A DNA stretch of 38,581 nt from an uncultured Clostridia bacterium (GTDB lineage: Bacteria; Bacillota; Clostridia; TANB77; CAG-508), in NCBI GenBank assembly GCA_963558405.1, contig CAUWGC010000017.1, forward strand, positions 1-38,581, read 5' to 3'. The notes beneath the pieces are model-generated. The model was not told where the DNA came from and did not search any database. It saw only the letters and a list, made by a program, of their open reading frames with translations. Within the stretch, counting starts at the first letter, position 1. Every line of letters begins with the position of its first letter. Shown piece by piece: positions 1 through 10,553 of the stretch. The position numbers were made by a program, and so were the translations under genes.

Positions 1-75
1 TATTAGGGGGTATTTTGTTGTCAAAGTTCATTTTTCATTTATTACAGGATGCTTAAATTTCTTTTGATTTTATAT

Positions 76-1614
76 TTATTTTTTTGCTATTTGTTTTTTA
101 TTCTTTTTATGTTTTAATTTTTCATTTCTTTTTTCTTCTATAGCTTTTCTATTTTCTATTTTTTTATCTTCAGTATGTCTAATTGATTGTATTCTTTCTT
201 CATATTTTGATTGAAATTTGCTTTTCTTTTTGTTGTTTTCTTTTTTATTATTTTTATGTAATACTGGTTTTTCCTTCTTTATTTTCTTTTTCTTTTCTTT
301 TAATATAGAATTTAATTTTAAAAACTCTGGTGCATTTTGTCTATCTTCAAATTTTAAATCATCACAAATTAATTCTATAATACTAGCTGCAATAGCATCT
401 GGATTATGTCTAATAAATTCACCTTCTACAAAAGCCATATTACGTTGCATTAAATTTACACCTTTCCCTTTAGCTTTTGTAATATCTTGTTCTACTAAAT
501 CTGCACCTTGTCTATTATATCTTTTTATAAATTCTGGTACTATTTCTCCTGTATCATATATACAATAATCAACAATTCCTTTTCCTGCGTGATCTATAAT
601 CGCCTGTAAATGATCCGAAACTCCATAATTATCTGTTTGTCCTGGTTCTGTCATTATATTACTTACATAAATTTTAATTGCTTTACTTTCTCTAATTGTT
701 TTTGAAACATTTTTTATTAATAAATTTGGAATTACATTTGTATATAAACTTCCTGGTCCTAGTACTATAGCATCTGCTTCTACAATAGCTTCTAAAACTC
801 CTGGTGCTGGTCTACAATTTGTTGGTCTTAAATATATTCTAGATATTTTACTTACTTTTTCATATACCTTTTGAGGAATTTTTTCTTTTTCTTCTACTAT
901 TGTACCATCTTCTAACTCGGCACATATAGTCATTTCATCCAATGTTACAGGCAATACTTTACCTACCATATTTAAAATATCTTTACTTTGTTTTATTGAC
1001 TCTGTAAAATCACCATATAGTTTATTCATTCCAGAAAAATAAATATCTCCAAATGATATATTTCTTAACATTCCCTCTGTAAACTTTGTATTTAGTAATC
1101 CTTCCATTGCAACGTCATTTTTTGAAAGAGCTATTATACTTTCTTTAATGTCTTGTATTGGCAAAGAATTTAATTCCATTTCTGAGTTGCTTCTATTTTT
1201 TCCATAATTTGAAACAGTTACAATTGCTGTAATATTATTTGTATAATGTTTTAATCCTTTTAATACTGTATTTAAACCTGTTCCTCCACCTATTACTACT
1301 ACTTTAGGTCCTTCATTATATACCTTTTTATTAAAAATTAATGAATTTATATCTTTTTTATTTTGAAGTCTAGAATCACTTGCTTCTACTAGCAATTCTA
1401 AAGTTCTTTTTTGCATAAATACAATTCCCAATACAATACAAGAAAATCCTAAAACAAATATTATAATTATTTTAAATACTTCTAAAAATTCTAATTCTTT
1501 TGAAACTAGTATAGATGACATTCCATATCCTGCTAGCAAAACTCCTATTAATATTAATAACATCCATCTTTTCATTTTTGTTCCCTTTTTGAACCATTCT
1601 AAAAAGCCTTTCAT
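76..1614 (-). CDS. yvcK: YvcK/gluconeogenesis-factor family protein with two N-terminal TM helices and a Lys-rich C-terminal tail
   Basis: Motifs VVIGGGTGL, LGPGSLYTNVIPNLL, NIMTEPGQTD, IRHNPD. The usual DDGGSSG segment is degenerate (SNYGKNR). Confidence 0.85.
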   Translation of the reverse strand: MKGFLEWFKKGTKMKRWMLLILIGVLLAGYGMSSILVSKELEFLEVFKIIIIFVLGFSCIVLGIVFMQKRTLELLVEASDSRLQNKKDINSLIFNKKVYNEGPKVVVIGGGTGLNTVLKGLKHYTNNITAIVTVSNYGKNRSNSEMELNSLPIQDIKESIIALSKNDVAMEGLLNTKFTEGMLRNISFGDIYFSGMNKLYGDFTESIKQSKDILNMVGKVLPVTLDEMTICAELEDGTIVEEKEKIPQKVYEKVSKISRIYLRPTNCRPAPGVLEAIVEADAIVLGPGSLYTNVIPNLLIKNVSKTIRESKAIKIYVSNIMTEPGQTDNYGVSDHLQAIIDHAGKGIVDYCIYDTGEIVPEFIKRYNRQGADLVEQDITKAKGKGVNLMQRNMAFVEGEFIRHNPDAIAASIIELICDDLKFEDRQNAPEFLKLNSILKEKKKKIKKEKPVLHKNNKKENNKKKSKFQSKYEERIQSIRHTEDKKIENRKAIEEKRNEKLKHKKNKKQIAKK

Positions 1615-1615
1615 T

Positions 1616-2522
1616 TTAATCCTCTCCTATTACTATTATTTCTAATTCAATTTCTTTTTCAAATTCTTTTTTTATCACTTTTTTTACATGTTCTACAATT
1701 TTTAATACATTTTCTGCAGTAGCATTTTTAGTATTAACTATAAAACCTGCATGCTTTGTAGATATTTGTGCACCACCAACTTGATATCCTTTTAATCCGT
1801 GCTTTATCAATAAGTGCTGCAGTAATAAAACCATCTCCTCTTTTAAAAACACTTCCAGCACTTGGATATTCTAGTGGTTGTTTTTGTTTTCTAGAAGATA
1901 AATTTTCATTCATCTTTTTTTCTATTTCTTCTTTTTTTCCATATAAAAGCTGTAATTTGCTTTCTATTATTATCCCTATGTTTTTTTCAAATACACTAGT
2001 TCTATAAGAAAAATTATGTTCCTCATTTGAAATTGTATGTAAATTTCCATCATAATCCATATAAGTAGTACTAATAAGAATATCTTTTATTTCAGAACCA
2101 TATGCTCCTCCATTCATACGTATTAATCCACCTATTGTACCAGGAATACCATAAAAATTTTCTAATCCAGATAAAGAATAATTTGCTACTTTGTTAGCTA
2201 AATATGGAATTTTTACACCTGCACCCACTGTAATAGTTGAATTTTCTATTTCTAGTTTTTGAAAATTAACTTTAAGTACAATTCCTCTTATTCCTTTATC
2301 TTTTACTAAAATGTTACTTCCATTTCCTATAATATATATTGGAATATTATATTTTTTATTTAACTCTAAAACATATTTTAGTGTTTCTATATTTGTAACA
2401 TTTATAAAAATATCTGCATTTCCGCCTATGTGAAAGCTTGTATGTTTACTCATTGGTTCATTAAGTAAAATGTCATCTTTACTTATCTTTTTTGTTATTT
2501 CTTGATAAAATTCTTTTATCAA
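1616..2522 (-). CDS. murB: UDP-N-acetylenolpyruvoylglucosamine reductase, split by a +1 frameshift at CGGA (1796-1799); 301 aa when rejoined
   Basis: HTSFHIGG, GNGSNILV, GIPGTIGG, QPLEYPSAGSVFKR in ORF 1734-2522; GLKGYQVGGAQISTKHAGFIVN in ORF 1616-1861. Reading GCA CGGA TTA gives LIDKA-G-LKG. Confidence 0.93.
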
Positions 2523-2637
2523 ACAATCACCTCATTATTAGTTCTTAGTAAATTTTATTTTTATATTTTTATTTAAGAACTTCTTTAACGATTTTATCAT
2601 TTTTTACTTATCTTTACAAGCTTTCATTTTGATAATT

Positions 2638-3024
2638 TTAAAATATATTTATAAAGTCTAATGCTTGTTTTTGTTTTATATGATTTAAAATATAAATTCC
2701 TTTTTCCAATTCTTCTATTGCACAATTATAGTCATCAACTTCAATGTTTGCTTTTACCCCAGTTAAATCTGTTTCTACTTTTTCTAATTCATCATGTTCT
2801 ATATAATATGCTAAAATTTTATTTAATCTATTCCATTCTTTCATTATATATTCAATTTTTTCTTCTATTTGTTTATCATCTTTATTGTTTAATAAATCTA
2901 TTTTTAACTCTGTTAATTCTTTCGTCATTATTTCAACACTTTTTACTGTATTTTTTTGTGTTATATAATTTCCTATAAATATTAATAAAAGAATGACTAT
3001 TATAATAGTTATTTCTCTATACAT
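2638..3024 (-). CDS. DUF4363-family protein
   Basis: N-terminal TM, LAYYIEHDELEKVE motif, downstream of a DUF421 gene; likely start ATG 3024. Confidence 0.7.
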   Translation of the reverse strand: MYREITIIIVILLLIFIGNYITQKNTVKSVEIMTKELTELKIDLLNNKDDKQIEEKIEYIMKEWNRLNKILAYYIEHDELEKVETDLTGVKANIEVDDYNCAIEELEKGIYILNHIKQKQALDFINIF

Positions 3025-3701
3025 TATTTTTTCCTTTCCTTTTCTTGGCAAAATATTTGATTTCTTCCATCTATTGTAGCTATTAATACATTTTTTGGTT
3101 CCACTTTAAATTTTGTTATTTCTTTTCTTAGCCATTGATAATCTTTTCCTATTGCTTTAAGATTATCATACATTATCTTTCCATCAATTATTAAATCATA
3201 TGGTACACCTTCGTATTCTGGAGTAATATTAAAATCTTCTGGTATTGTAGTTCTTTTATTTGGTTTTTGAATTACTGTTACTTGTCCACTTGTTTCTAAA
3301 ATAGCATATTCTACATCTCCAATATTAATAACATTGCTTCCTCTTAGCCTTTCCTGCAATTCGTTAATTGTAAATCTTTCTTTTCTCATCACTTTTTCGT
3401 CGATTTTTCCTCTATATATCAAAATCGCCGGTTTTCCACAAATTATTTTTCTTATTTTTATACTTTTTATATTAATAATTGAAATCAAAAGATGCATTAC
3501 AAGTAGTCCTAAAATTGGAATAATTCCATTTGAAATTGGAATTCCAGTATCTGCCATAGGAATTGTAGCTAAATCTGCTATCATAATAGAAATTGCAAGT
3601 TCAAAAGGCTGTAATTGTCCAATTTCTCTTTTTCCCATTAATCTCATTACAAATAATACTAAAATATATAATGCAATTGTCCTTATAAATGTAATTACCA
3701 T
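3024..3701 (-). CDS. DUF421 (YetF-like) membrane protein
   Basis: MRLMGKREIGQLQPFE, EYAILETSGQVTV motifs. Confidence 0.88.
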   Translation of the reverse strand: MVITFIRTIALYILVLFVMRLMGKREIGQLQPFELAISIMIADLATIPMADTGIPISNGIIPILGLLVMHLLISIINIKSIKIRKIICGKPAILIYRGKIDEKVMRKERFTINELQERLRGSNVINIGDVEYAILETSGQVTVIQKPNKRTTIPEDFNITPEYEGVPYDLIIDGKIMYDNLKAIGKDYQWLRKEITKFKVEPKNVLIATIDGRNQIFCQEKERKK

Positions 3702-3862
3702 ATTTTACAATCCTTTTCTTTTAATATTGTTTTAGTTTATTTTTTGCAATATCAAAAAAATTATACTTTATTTTTTGTATAATATTATTTTTTTTGCGAA
3801 TAATAGATTTATAAGAAAAGTTTATTAAATAAAAACTTTTTTAATTTTAAGGGGGTTTTAAC

Positions 3863-4234
3863 ATGGCAGATAATAATGAGCAAAGTAAATCTACAACTAG
3901 TAGTGTTGGTCAAATTATAGGTAGATTAATTGCTTCTGCAATTGTACTTGCTATTACAGCATTTTTTACTCCAGGTTTTAGTATTAATAATATATGGACT
4001 TTAGCTTTAGCTGCTATTGTTCTTACAGCAATGGATTACTTAATTGTAAAATTTACTGGATTACATGCAAGTGCTTTTGGGAAGGGATTTGTTGGATTTG
4101 CACTAGCTGCTGTTGTTTTATATTTAACACAGTTTTTAGTAGCAGGATATACAATTTCTTGGGTTGCAGCAATTGTAGGTGCTTTAATTTACGGTGTTGT
4201 AGATTATTTTATACCAGGAAATCAAAGTTTATAG
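3863..4234 (+). CDS. 4-TM phage-holin-family (YvlD-like) membrane protein
   Basis: Four hydrophobic helices, FFTPGFSI and AAIVGALI patterns; GGGGG RBS. Confidence 0.7.
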   Translation: MADNNEQSKSTTSSVGQIIGRLIASAIVLAITAFFTPGFSINNIWTLALAAIVLTAMDYLIVKFTGLHASAFGKGFVGFALAAVVLYLTQFLVAGYTISWVAAIVGALIYGVVDYFIPGNQSL

Positions 4235-4265
4235 TAATTTAAACTAATACAAAAGTAATCCTCAT

Positions 4266-4295
4266 AAAAATAGAGGCATATTTTGCCTCTATTTT
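4266..4295. terminator. Bidirectional intrinsic terminator
   Basis: aaaaatagaggca-tattt-tgcctctattttt between convergent genes. Confidence 0.8.
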
Positions 4296-4822
4296 TATTC
4301 TTTATATTTTGTAATAATATCATCTATTGCTTTGTTTAAATCTATATTTTCTATTATTTCATCTGCAATTTTGTTTACTTCTCTAAATTTTTCTTTATCA
4401 ATTATTAATCTATTTTGAATTTTTTCTATAGAATCTCCTCTTTTTAACATCCTCTTGGTTCTTTCTTCTGCTGGAACATGAATATAAAATACCTTAATTT
4501 TAACATTTTCTTTTCCTATTCTTTTTAATCCCTCTTTTATATCATTTATAGACTCTACTATTTGAATACAACAAGAGTTTTCATCTATATTTTCTGCGCT
4601 CAATCCATAAAACTCTCCATTATATTCTGCTCTTTGCAATAATTTTTTATTATCCCATAATTTTTCAAATTTTTCTTTTGTTACAAATATATATTCTTGC
4701 TCATCTTCTCCTTCTCTTTTTTCTCTAGTTGTATAATCTTTTATTCTATTATATCCTATTTTTTCTAATTCTTTTAATATTGTTGTCTTTCCAGAACCAC
4801 TTTCTCCTATTAATATAATCAT
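4295..4822 (-). CDS. gmk: Guanylate kinase-like protein
   Basis: P-loop GESGSGKTT, YTTREKREGE, EYNGEFYG. Confidence 0.75.
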   Translation of the reverse strand: MIILIGESGSGKTTILKELEKIGYNRIKDYTTREKREGEDEQEYIFVTKEKFEKLWDNKKLLQRAEYNGEFYGLSAENIDENSCCIQIVESINDIKEGLKRIGKENVKIKVFYIHVPAEERTKRMLKRGDSIEKIQNRLIIDKEKFREVNKIADEIIENIDLNKAIDDIITKYKE

Positions 4823-4999
4823 ATTGTTTCCTCCTTTGATAATTATATTACTTTTCTTTTTTCAAAACAATAACAATTATATTAAGTTTATATTACTATT
4901 AATAATAGCTTAACTTTATTAATTTAAATAGTCAAATTCTTCGGTTTTGCTATACAATAAAAAAAATGTGAAATTTTAATACTTCACAGTTTTATATTT

Positions 5000-5075
5000 T
5001 GGCTGGGCTGGGTAGATTCGAACTACCGAAATGCTAGAGTCAAAGTCTAGTGCCTTACCGCTTGGCTACAGCCCA
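5000..5075 (-). tRNA. tRNA-Gln(TTG)
   Basis: Cloverleaf, anticodon arm CTAGA-CTTTGAC-TCTAG, encoded CCA. Confidence 0.95.
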
Positions 5076-5080
5076 ATATA

Positions 5081-5158
5081 TGGGGTGGAAGATGGGATTC
5101 GAACCCACGACCTCTAGTGCCACAAACTAGCGCTCTAACCAACTGCGCTACATCCACC
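5081..5158 (-). tRNA. tRNA-His(GTG)
   Basis: Anticodon arm CTAGT-TTGTGGC-ACTAG, G-1, encoded CCA. Confidence 0.95.
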
Positions 5159-5186
5159 ATTTGCGTGTTTGTCACACGCATTTATT

Positions 5187-5215
5187 ATTTTAAACTATAT
5201 TATATTCTTTGTCAA
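5187..5215 (-). promoter_or_regulatory. SigA-type promoter of the His-Gln tRNA pair
   Basis: TTGACA-17 nt-TAAAAT. Confidence 0.75.
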
Positions 5216-5251
5216 TAGAATTTTGTTTTTTTTATGATTTTATTTTAAATT

Positions 5252-5971
5252 TTAGTCTGCTGAAGCAAAAATAAGTAATCTTTTGTTTGTATAATCTGTA
5301 CATGTAAGAAGAACTATTTCTCTTTTTCCTCCAGTATCTCTTTCCAAGTATGATGCATCTTCTGGTGTAGTTTCATATTTATTATATATTGTATATGTTA
5401 CTTTATTACCACTTTCATCTGTAATATATATTTTATCTCCTTTTTCTAATTTTTTATTATTAGAAAAGAATAAACCATTACGATAATTATGACCTTCTAT
5501 TACAGTGTTTCCTGGCTTATTTAACCCTCCAGCATTAGTATGTAATATAGCAACTCCTTTTTCAATTGATGTTTTTGTTGCTCTATTATAAATTGGATAT
5601 TTACAATCAGTTTTTGGAATTTCTATTTTACCTACAGTATAATATGGCTTTTTAGAACTACTTCCTGAATTAGAACTTCCACCATTATTAGTATTTCCTC
5701 CTGTAGTTGTATTAGTTACTGTATTAGTTGTTGGAATTGTTATATTTCCATCTGAATTTGTAACTTCATTTTGTACAACATTAGTTTCAACTTTATTTTG
5801 TATATTTTTTTCAAATTCATTTAAAGCACTCTCAGCTTCTTTAGTTACATAGAATTTTCTAATAATATCATATGCTAAAAATCCTAACAATCCTATTATT
5901 AGCACTATAGCAACTATCAAAAGAATTGTTAAAAATTTACTATATTGACCACCAAATTTATCTTTAAACAT
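5252..5971 (-). CDS. Sortase
   Basis: N-terminal anchor, GKIEIPK, catalytic His (EGHNY), LLTCT and Arg (KRL). Confidence 0.88.
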   Translation of the reverse strand: MFKDKFGGQYSKFLTILLIVAIVLIIGLLGFLAYDIIRKFYVTKEAESALNEFEKNIQNKVETNVVQNEVTNSDGNITIPTTNTVTNTTTGGNTNNGGSSNSGSSSKKPYYTVGKIEIPKTDCKYPIYNRATKTSIEKGVAILHTNAGGLNKPGNTVIEGHNYRNGLFFSNNKKLEKGDKIYITDESGNKVTYTIYNKYETTPEDASYLERDTGGKREIVLLTCTDYTNKRLLIFASAD

Positions 5972-6152
5972 ATTCCTCCACCTCTTTTGTTACAAAGTTA
6001 TATTTATTATATCATATTTATTTTTATATTACTACATTTTTTTTGATTTTTTATTAGTTTATCATATATTTTTTATATTACAATAGTAGTTGAACTTTAC
6101 ATAATAATATTGTATAATATATACAATATTATTATTAGAAAGGAGCATAATT

Positions 6153-6725
6153 ATGCTTATTCAAGAAATTGATAGCATTATCGAGTCAATTGTTGAACCT
6201 AATTATTTTTTAACGTCCCAAAATACAGTTGTCCCTTTAAGTAAAAAAGCAACTCAAAGTTTAAATTGTTATGCTTATGCTTTAGGAATTACTTTTAGTG
6301 GCAACAGCAAACAACATTATTTCCCTGGTTTCACAATTCAAAAATTTCCTTTAATAACTCCTAAATTTTTATGCAAATTTTTTACCATTGATTTAAAAAA
6401 TTTAGGAATACAGTATCGGAAAATTGGATTAGATGAATCAACGGATATTATGGAAAATGAATATCTTATAAAGTTGTTTTATTCTTCTCCAAATAGTTAC
6501 CTTCCAGATGGGGATTTTCATTTTGTTAGACAAGATCCAAAAAGCAAACTGTGGTTCCATAAATTGGGATGGAAAAATCAACCTGAATTAGTTCAATCCT
6601 GTGTTCCAAAGAATAATACTCTTTTAGGAACAGAACCTATTGAATTTGATTTTGTTGATTCAAATAACAATTTAGCATATAAATTAGAACCTATATGTTA
6701 TTTTGCTATCAGTTATAAAAACTAA
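6153..6725 (+). CDS. Hypothetical protein with possible Cys/His catalytic residues
   Basis: 190-aa ORF with GAAAGGAG RBS, upstream TGnTATAAT and a downstream terminator; NCYAYA, DFHFVRQ, WFHKLG motifs. Confidence 0.7.
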   Translation: MLIQEIDSIIESIVEPNYFLTSQNTVVPLSKKATQSLNCYAYALGITFSGNSKQHYFPGFTIQKFPLITPKFLCKFFTIDLKNLGIQYRKIGLDESTDIMENEYLIKLFYSSPNSYLPDGDFHFVRQDPKSKLWFHKLGWKNQPELVQSCVPKNNTLLGTEPIEFDFVDSNNNLAYKLEPICYFAISYKN

Positions 6726-6740
6726 TAATTTTTATAATTA

Positions 6741-6790
6741 GAAAATCAATAGTTGAGTTAGAAATTTTCTAACTCAACTATTGATTTTCA
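6741..6790. terminator. Long perfect hairpin terminator
   Basis: gaaaatcaatagttgagttaga / tctaactcaactattgattttc inverted repeat. Confidence 0.75.
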
Positions 6791-6974
6791 ATTAATTTTC
6801 TTTTAATTTCTTCAAATTCGTTTGTATCTTTAATATATTAAAATAAATGTATGTCGAAGATACTCCACTATAACTTTATATTGCTTAAATTTTACATATA
6901 ATAAAAAACTGTTAACAAAATTTTATTTTTTGCTAACAGTTCCTAGAAGATTTAATTTTAATCTTCAATAGATT

Positions 6975-7883
6975 TTAGTCAAGTAATTTTATTCTTTTAT
7001 TTACCTCTCCTGGATTCCATTCACTCAGTTCCTCTTTAAGATGTCCTACTTTCAATATTTTTATATCGTTGCCTCCCATTATTTCTATTTTTTCAATAGT
7101 ACTAGGATTTACTTTGTATATGATATCTTTTTTATTTAAGCTACAATCAGTACCTATAACCATTATTCTATCGCCTTTTATTTTTTTACAATAAACAGGG
7201 AATTGATATCTCTCAATCATATAGTCCCATCTTCTAAATCTTCTATAATCCAAATTTTCTATTTTATCTGTTTCTTCTATTGAATCATAGTAATCCTTTT
7301 CAAAAGATAGCCTTTCATCTTCAATTCCTTCTTCATTAAGATATTCAAAGTCTAATCCTAGATTTTTGACCATAGCTGCAAACCCCATATCTGCTGTATA
7401 TACTTTGATATATCTATTATGGTTAAAAAGGTTCATTGCAACATTTATAATCTGTGTATCTTTGTTTTCAATTCTCCAACCTGGCAACTTTGATTCACCG
7501 CTATTTGAGATTATAACACTGCAATCCTCAATTGATAGTTTTAATAATTGGGATATATTATATCTCTGTAGAGGCGATATCTGATTATCAATCTTTATAC
7601 CAAGTAATTCTTCTATAACTAGAACAGAAAAGATGAATAAAACATTTTTCATCTTTAGAAATCTATCCATAACATTTTTAATTCTAATAATGGACGTATC
7701 TAATAGAATTAACTCTTTATCTTGATTTAATTTCATCCTTTCAATCAAATGTGTTTCTAGATTTCTCAAAGTTTCATCTAACATTGAATCTGATAGATTT
7801 AATTTAAGTTTTATGTCGCTTTCTGAGTAACCTTCTTCGATTAGTCTCCGAACTTTGCTTTGGTAAAATTTTGTATCTGTCAT
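6975..7883 (-). CDS. PIN-domain protein
   Basis: PIN acidic motifs ILLDTS, VIEEL, NKDTQII, YTADMG; AGGAGG RBS. Confidence 0.65.
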   Translation of the reverse strand: MTDTKFYQSKVRRLIEEGYSESDIKLKLNLSDSMLDETLRNLETHLIERMKLNQDKELILLDTSIIRIKNVMDRFLKMKNVLFIFSVLVIEELLGIKIDNQISPLQRYNISQLLKLSIEDCSVIISNSGESKLPGWRIENKDTQIINVAMNLFNHNRYIKVYTADMGFAAMVKNLGLDFEYLNEEGIEDERLSFEKDYYDSIEETDKIENLDYRRFRRWDYMIERYQFPVYCKKIKGDRIMVIGTDCSLNKKDIIYKVNPSTIEKIEIMGGNDIKILKVGHLKEELSEWNPGEVNKRIKLLD

Positions 7884-8138
7884 TTTTTATCCTCCTTTTA
7901 ATCACTTGACTACAATTAATTAATTGTTTGTTTTAAAGTTACATAATCTACATTATATATATTAACATAATTTTAAGTATTTTTCAATATTAATTATTGT
8001 CTTATATTGTAATTTTTTGTGTATAAATAAACTTTAATTCAAGTAAAAAGGCATTATCTCAAAAATGATAATGTCTTTTTGATTAATTAAATATCAAATA
8101 TTCAAGAAGAATAAAATCTCTAAATTGGATAATATTTA

Positions 8139-8358
8139 TTCATAAATTAATCCTTTTTTGTATTTTTCTATGCACTTTCGACTTGGTTCATATAGGTTGT
8201 TTGGTAACTCATCTAAATCAAACCATTCCCATTTTAATATAGTTTCTGGTTCCATAGTTTTTATTTGTTTCTTCTAATTCTCTTTTTGCAGCATTAACTA
8301 ATGTTTCCATAAACTCTACTTTACCACCAGGCATTGTCCAAGTTCCTTGTCCTTGTAT
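8139..8358 (-). pseudogene. Nudix hydrolase remnant
   Basis: GTWTMPGGKVEFMETLVNAAKRELEET (Nudix box) followed out of frame by MEPETILKWEWFDLDELP; no start and an internal deletion. Confidence 0.75.
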
Positions 8359-8596
8359 ATAATAATTATATTTATTTTCTTCAATACAAGCTAATTAAAT
8401 TGTTGAAAATTACTCAAAATTGTTCAAAACCTTTCAAAATAATAATAAAAAGCTGATTTTTCAGTACTTTCAAACCATTCAAAATGTTGAAAACAATTAA
8501 AAATCAGCCTTTAGTGGAGCGATTACGAAACAGGTATGCGAAAAAATAGCACACTTTGTTTCAAGCTCTTATATAACCCGATTTATTGTTTATACT

Positions 8597-10465
8597 TTAA
8601 CATAAGATTTTAAATTTATCAATACTTTTAATTTCTTTCTCAGCCTTAGATTTATCCATACCATAATATGTAGTTGCTCTGTTAATTTTATCTTCCATAT
8701 CACTATAAACAAAAACGTTTATGACATTTCCTCTACCAGATAAAATGAAATCAGCACATCTACCAACAATAACACAAGATTCTTTGTCAGCTACTTCTTT
8801 TATTAATTCAGATTCTTTGATGAATAGCTCATCACTATTATTTAATCCTGAATAATATCCATTGTTTAAACTTGCTAAAGCATCTCTTTTTTGTTCGTTG
8901 TTTTCAATATATTCTTCAGATAAGCCTGTTTCTTCTGCTACTTTTGAAATAAATTCATTATCGTATAATTTTATTCCTAATTTATCAGCAACTAATTTTC
9001 CAATATATCTTCCACCTGATGCATATTCCCTTGCTATTGTTATAACAACATGTTTTGAAAGTTTACTTTCTGTATTTGTTGTAGTCTCTTTGTTTACCAC
9101 TTTTTCATTTCCTTGTTTTAGATTTCTTATTTCTCTTATCAAGAATATTGTTGCTAATATGAATGCTAATCCATCAGCAAATGGTCCTGCGAATAAAACT
9201 CCATGTATTCCAAACATCTTTCCTAAAACTATCATTGCTGGTATTAAGAAAGCAATTTGTCTTGATATTGAAAGTATTGCACTTATTATGCTCTTTCCAA
9301 TTGCTTGGAAGAATATTCCTGATGGAATTTGGATTCCGTTACAAATGCAAAGCATTAAGTATGTTCTAAATGCTAAACATGCAAATTCCATGTAATTTGC
9401 GTCTCCACTACCAAATATTGATATTAATTTATCTGGTATTGTTTGGAATAATATAAATGCTGTTGTACTAATTATAACACTTGATCCTAATACTATTTTT
9501 AATGTTGTTTTTACTCTGTCAAATTTTCTAGCACCATAGTTGTATCCAAATATTGGTTGTGCTCCTGCTGCAATTCCTATTATAATACTGTTTAATATTT
9601 GGCTTATTTTCATTACAATTCCTAGAACTGTAATTGGTATTTCTGCTCCAAATTTTGATTCTGCTCCATATTTTCCAAGTGTATTATTTTCAGTAGCCAT
9701 TACAAATACTATACTCATTTGATTTATAAAACTGCTTATTCCTAAAATTGAAACTTTTTTTGCTACACTTGATTTTACTTTAAATGATTCTTTACTTAAT
9801 TTGATTGATTTGAATTTTTTAACATATAATGCGTTTAGTATAAATACTAAGATTTGGCTTATTACAGTTGCAATTGCTGCTCCTTCAACTCCCATTTTAA
9901 GTACAAATATAAATATTGGGTCTAATATTGTGTTTAATACTGCACCTACAAGCATTGTTGTCATTGAATATTTTGGACTTCCATCTGACCTTATTATTGA
10001 GTTTAATGTTGTTCCTATCATTGAGAATGGTAATCCTATTGCTATTACATAACCATATTTTAATGCATATTCTTTTAATGTTTCTGTACATCCAAACATT
10101 GTTAATAATTGTGGTAAAAATATTAATGTTATTGCACAAAATAATACTGATACTATTGTTGAAATTGCTAGTGCATTTCCTACACCTTTTGCGGCTTCGT
10201 CTTTTTTCTTTTCTCCTAGTTTTAGACTTAAGTATGCTGATGCTCCATCTCCAAACATTAGTGAAAATGCTAAGCCTATCATTGTTAATGGGAATACTAC
10301 GTTTGTTGCTCCATTTCCTAGGTATCCTACTCCCCACCCTATAAAGATTTGGTCTACTATGTTATATAGTGAGTTTACTAATAGGGATATTATGCATGGG
10401 ATTGAAAATTTTCTTATTAATTTTCCTATTTTTTCTGTTCCCAGTATGTTTTCTTCTTTTTCCAA
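8597..10465 (-). CDS. MATE (MepA-like) efflux transporter fused to a cytidylate-kinase-like domain, C-terminus apparently truncated
   Basis: LYNIVDQIFIG, NTILDPIFI, GYNYGA; then VITIAREYASGG and VIVGRCADFIL. Likely TTG start at 10465 after an AAGGAG RBS. Confidence 0.88.
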   Translation of the reverse strand: MEKEENILGTEKIGKLIRKFSIPCIISLLVNSLYNIVDQIFIGWGVGYLGNGATNVVFPLTMIGLAFSLMFGDGASAYLSLKLGEKKKDEAAKGVGNALAISTIVSVLFCAITLIFLPQLLTMFGCTETLKEYALKYGYVIAIGLPFSMIGTTLNSIIRSDGSPKYSMTTMLVGAVLNTILDPIFIFVLKMGVEGAAIATVISQILVFILNALYVKKFKSIKLSKESFKVKSSVAKKVSILGISSFINQMSIVFVMATENNTLGKYGAESKFGAEIPITVLGIVMKISQILNSIIIGIAAGAQPIFGYNYGARKFDRVKTTLKIVLGSSVIISTTAFILFQTIPDKLISIFGSGDANYMEFACLAFRTYLMLCICNGIQIPSGIFFQAIGKSIISAILSISRQIAFLIPAMIVLGKMFGIHGVLFAGPFADGLAFILATIFLIREIRNLKQGNEKVVNKETTTNTESKLSKHVVITIAREYASGGRYIGKLVADKLGIKLYDNEFISKVAEETGLSEEYIENNEQKRDALASLNNGYYSGLNNSDELFIKESELIKEVADKESCVIVGRCADFILSGRGNVINVFVYSDMEDKINRATTYYGMDKSKAEKEIKSIDKFKILC

Positions 10466-10505
10466 TTTTCTCTCCTTCTTTCTATTGATATTTTTGTCTT
10501 TGGGC

Positions 10506-10553
10506 ATAAAAAGCCGTAAGTCCTTGTCTGGACTTACGTTTTACCTGCGCGAC
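10506..10553 (-). promoter_or_regulatory. Leader terminator/attenuator upstream of the MATE gene
   Basis: CGTAAGTCC-AGACAA-GGACTTACG-GCTTTTT between a TGnTATAAT -10 (about 10560-10568) and the RBS. Confidence 0.55.

Noticed and set aside
1616-2522. murB, sufD, sigF and the pilin-like gene as ordinary pseudogenes or sequencing errors
   Set aside because: All four share the same in-frame C-before-Gly lesion outside homopolymers, with both halves otherwise intact. Random decay or error would not respect the reading frame. Read-level confirmation is still needed.
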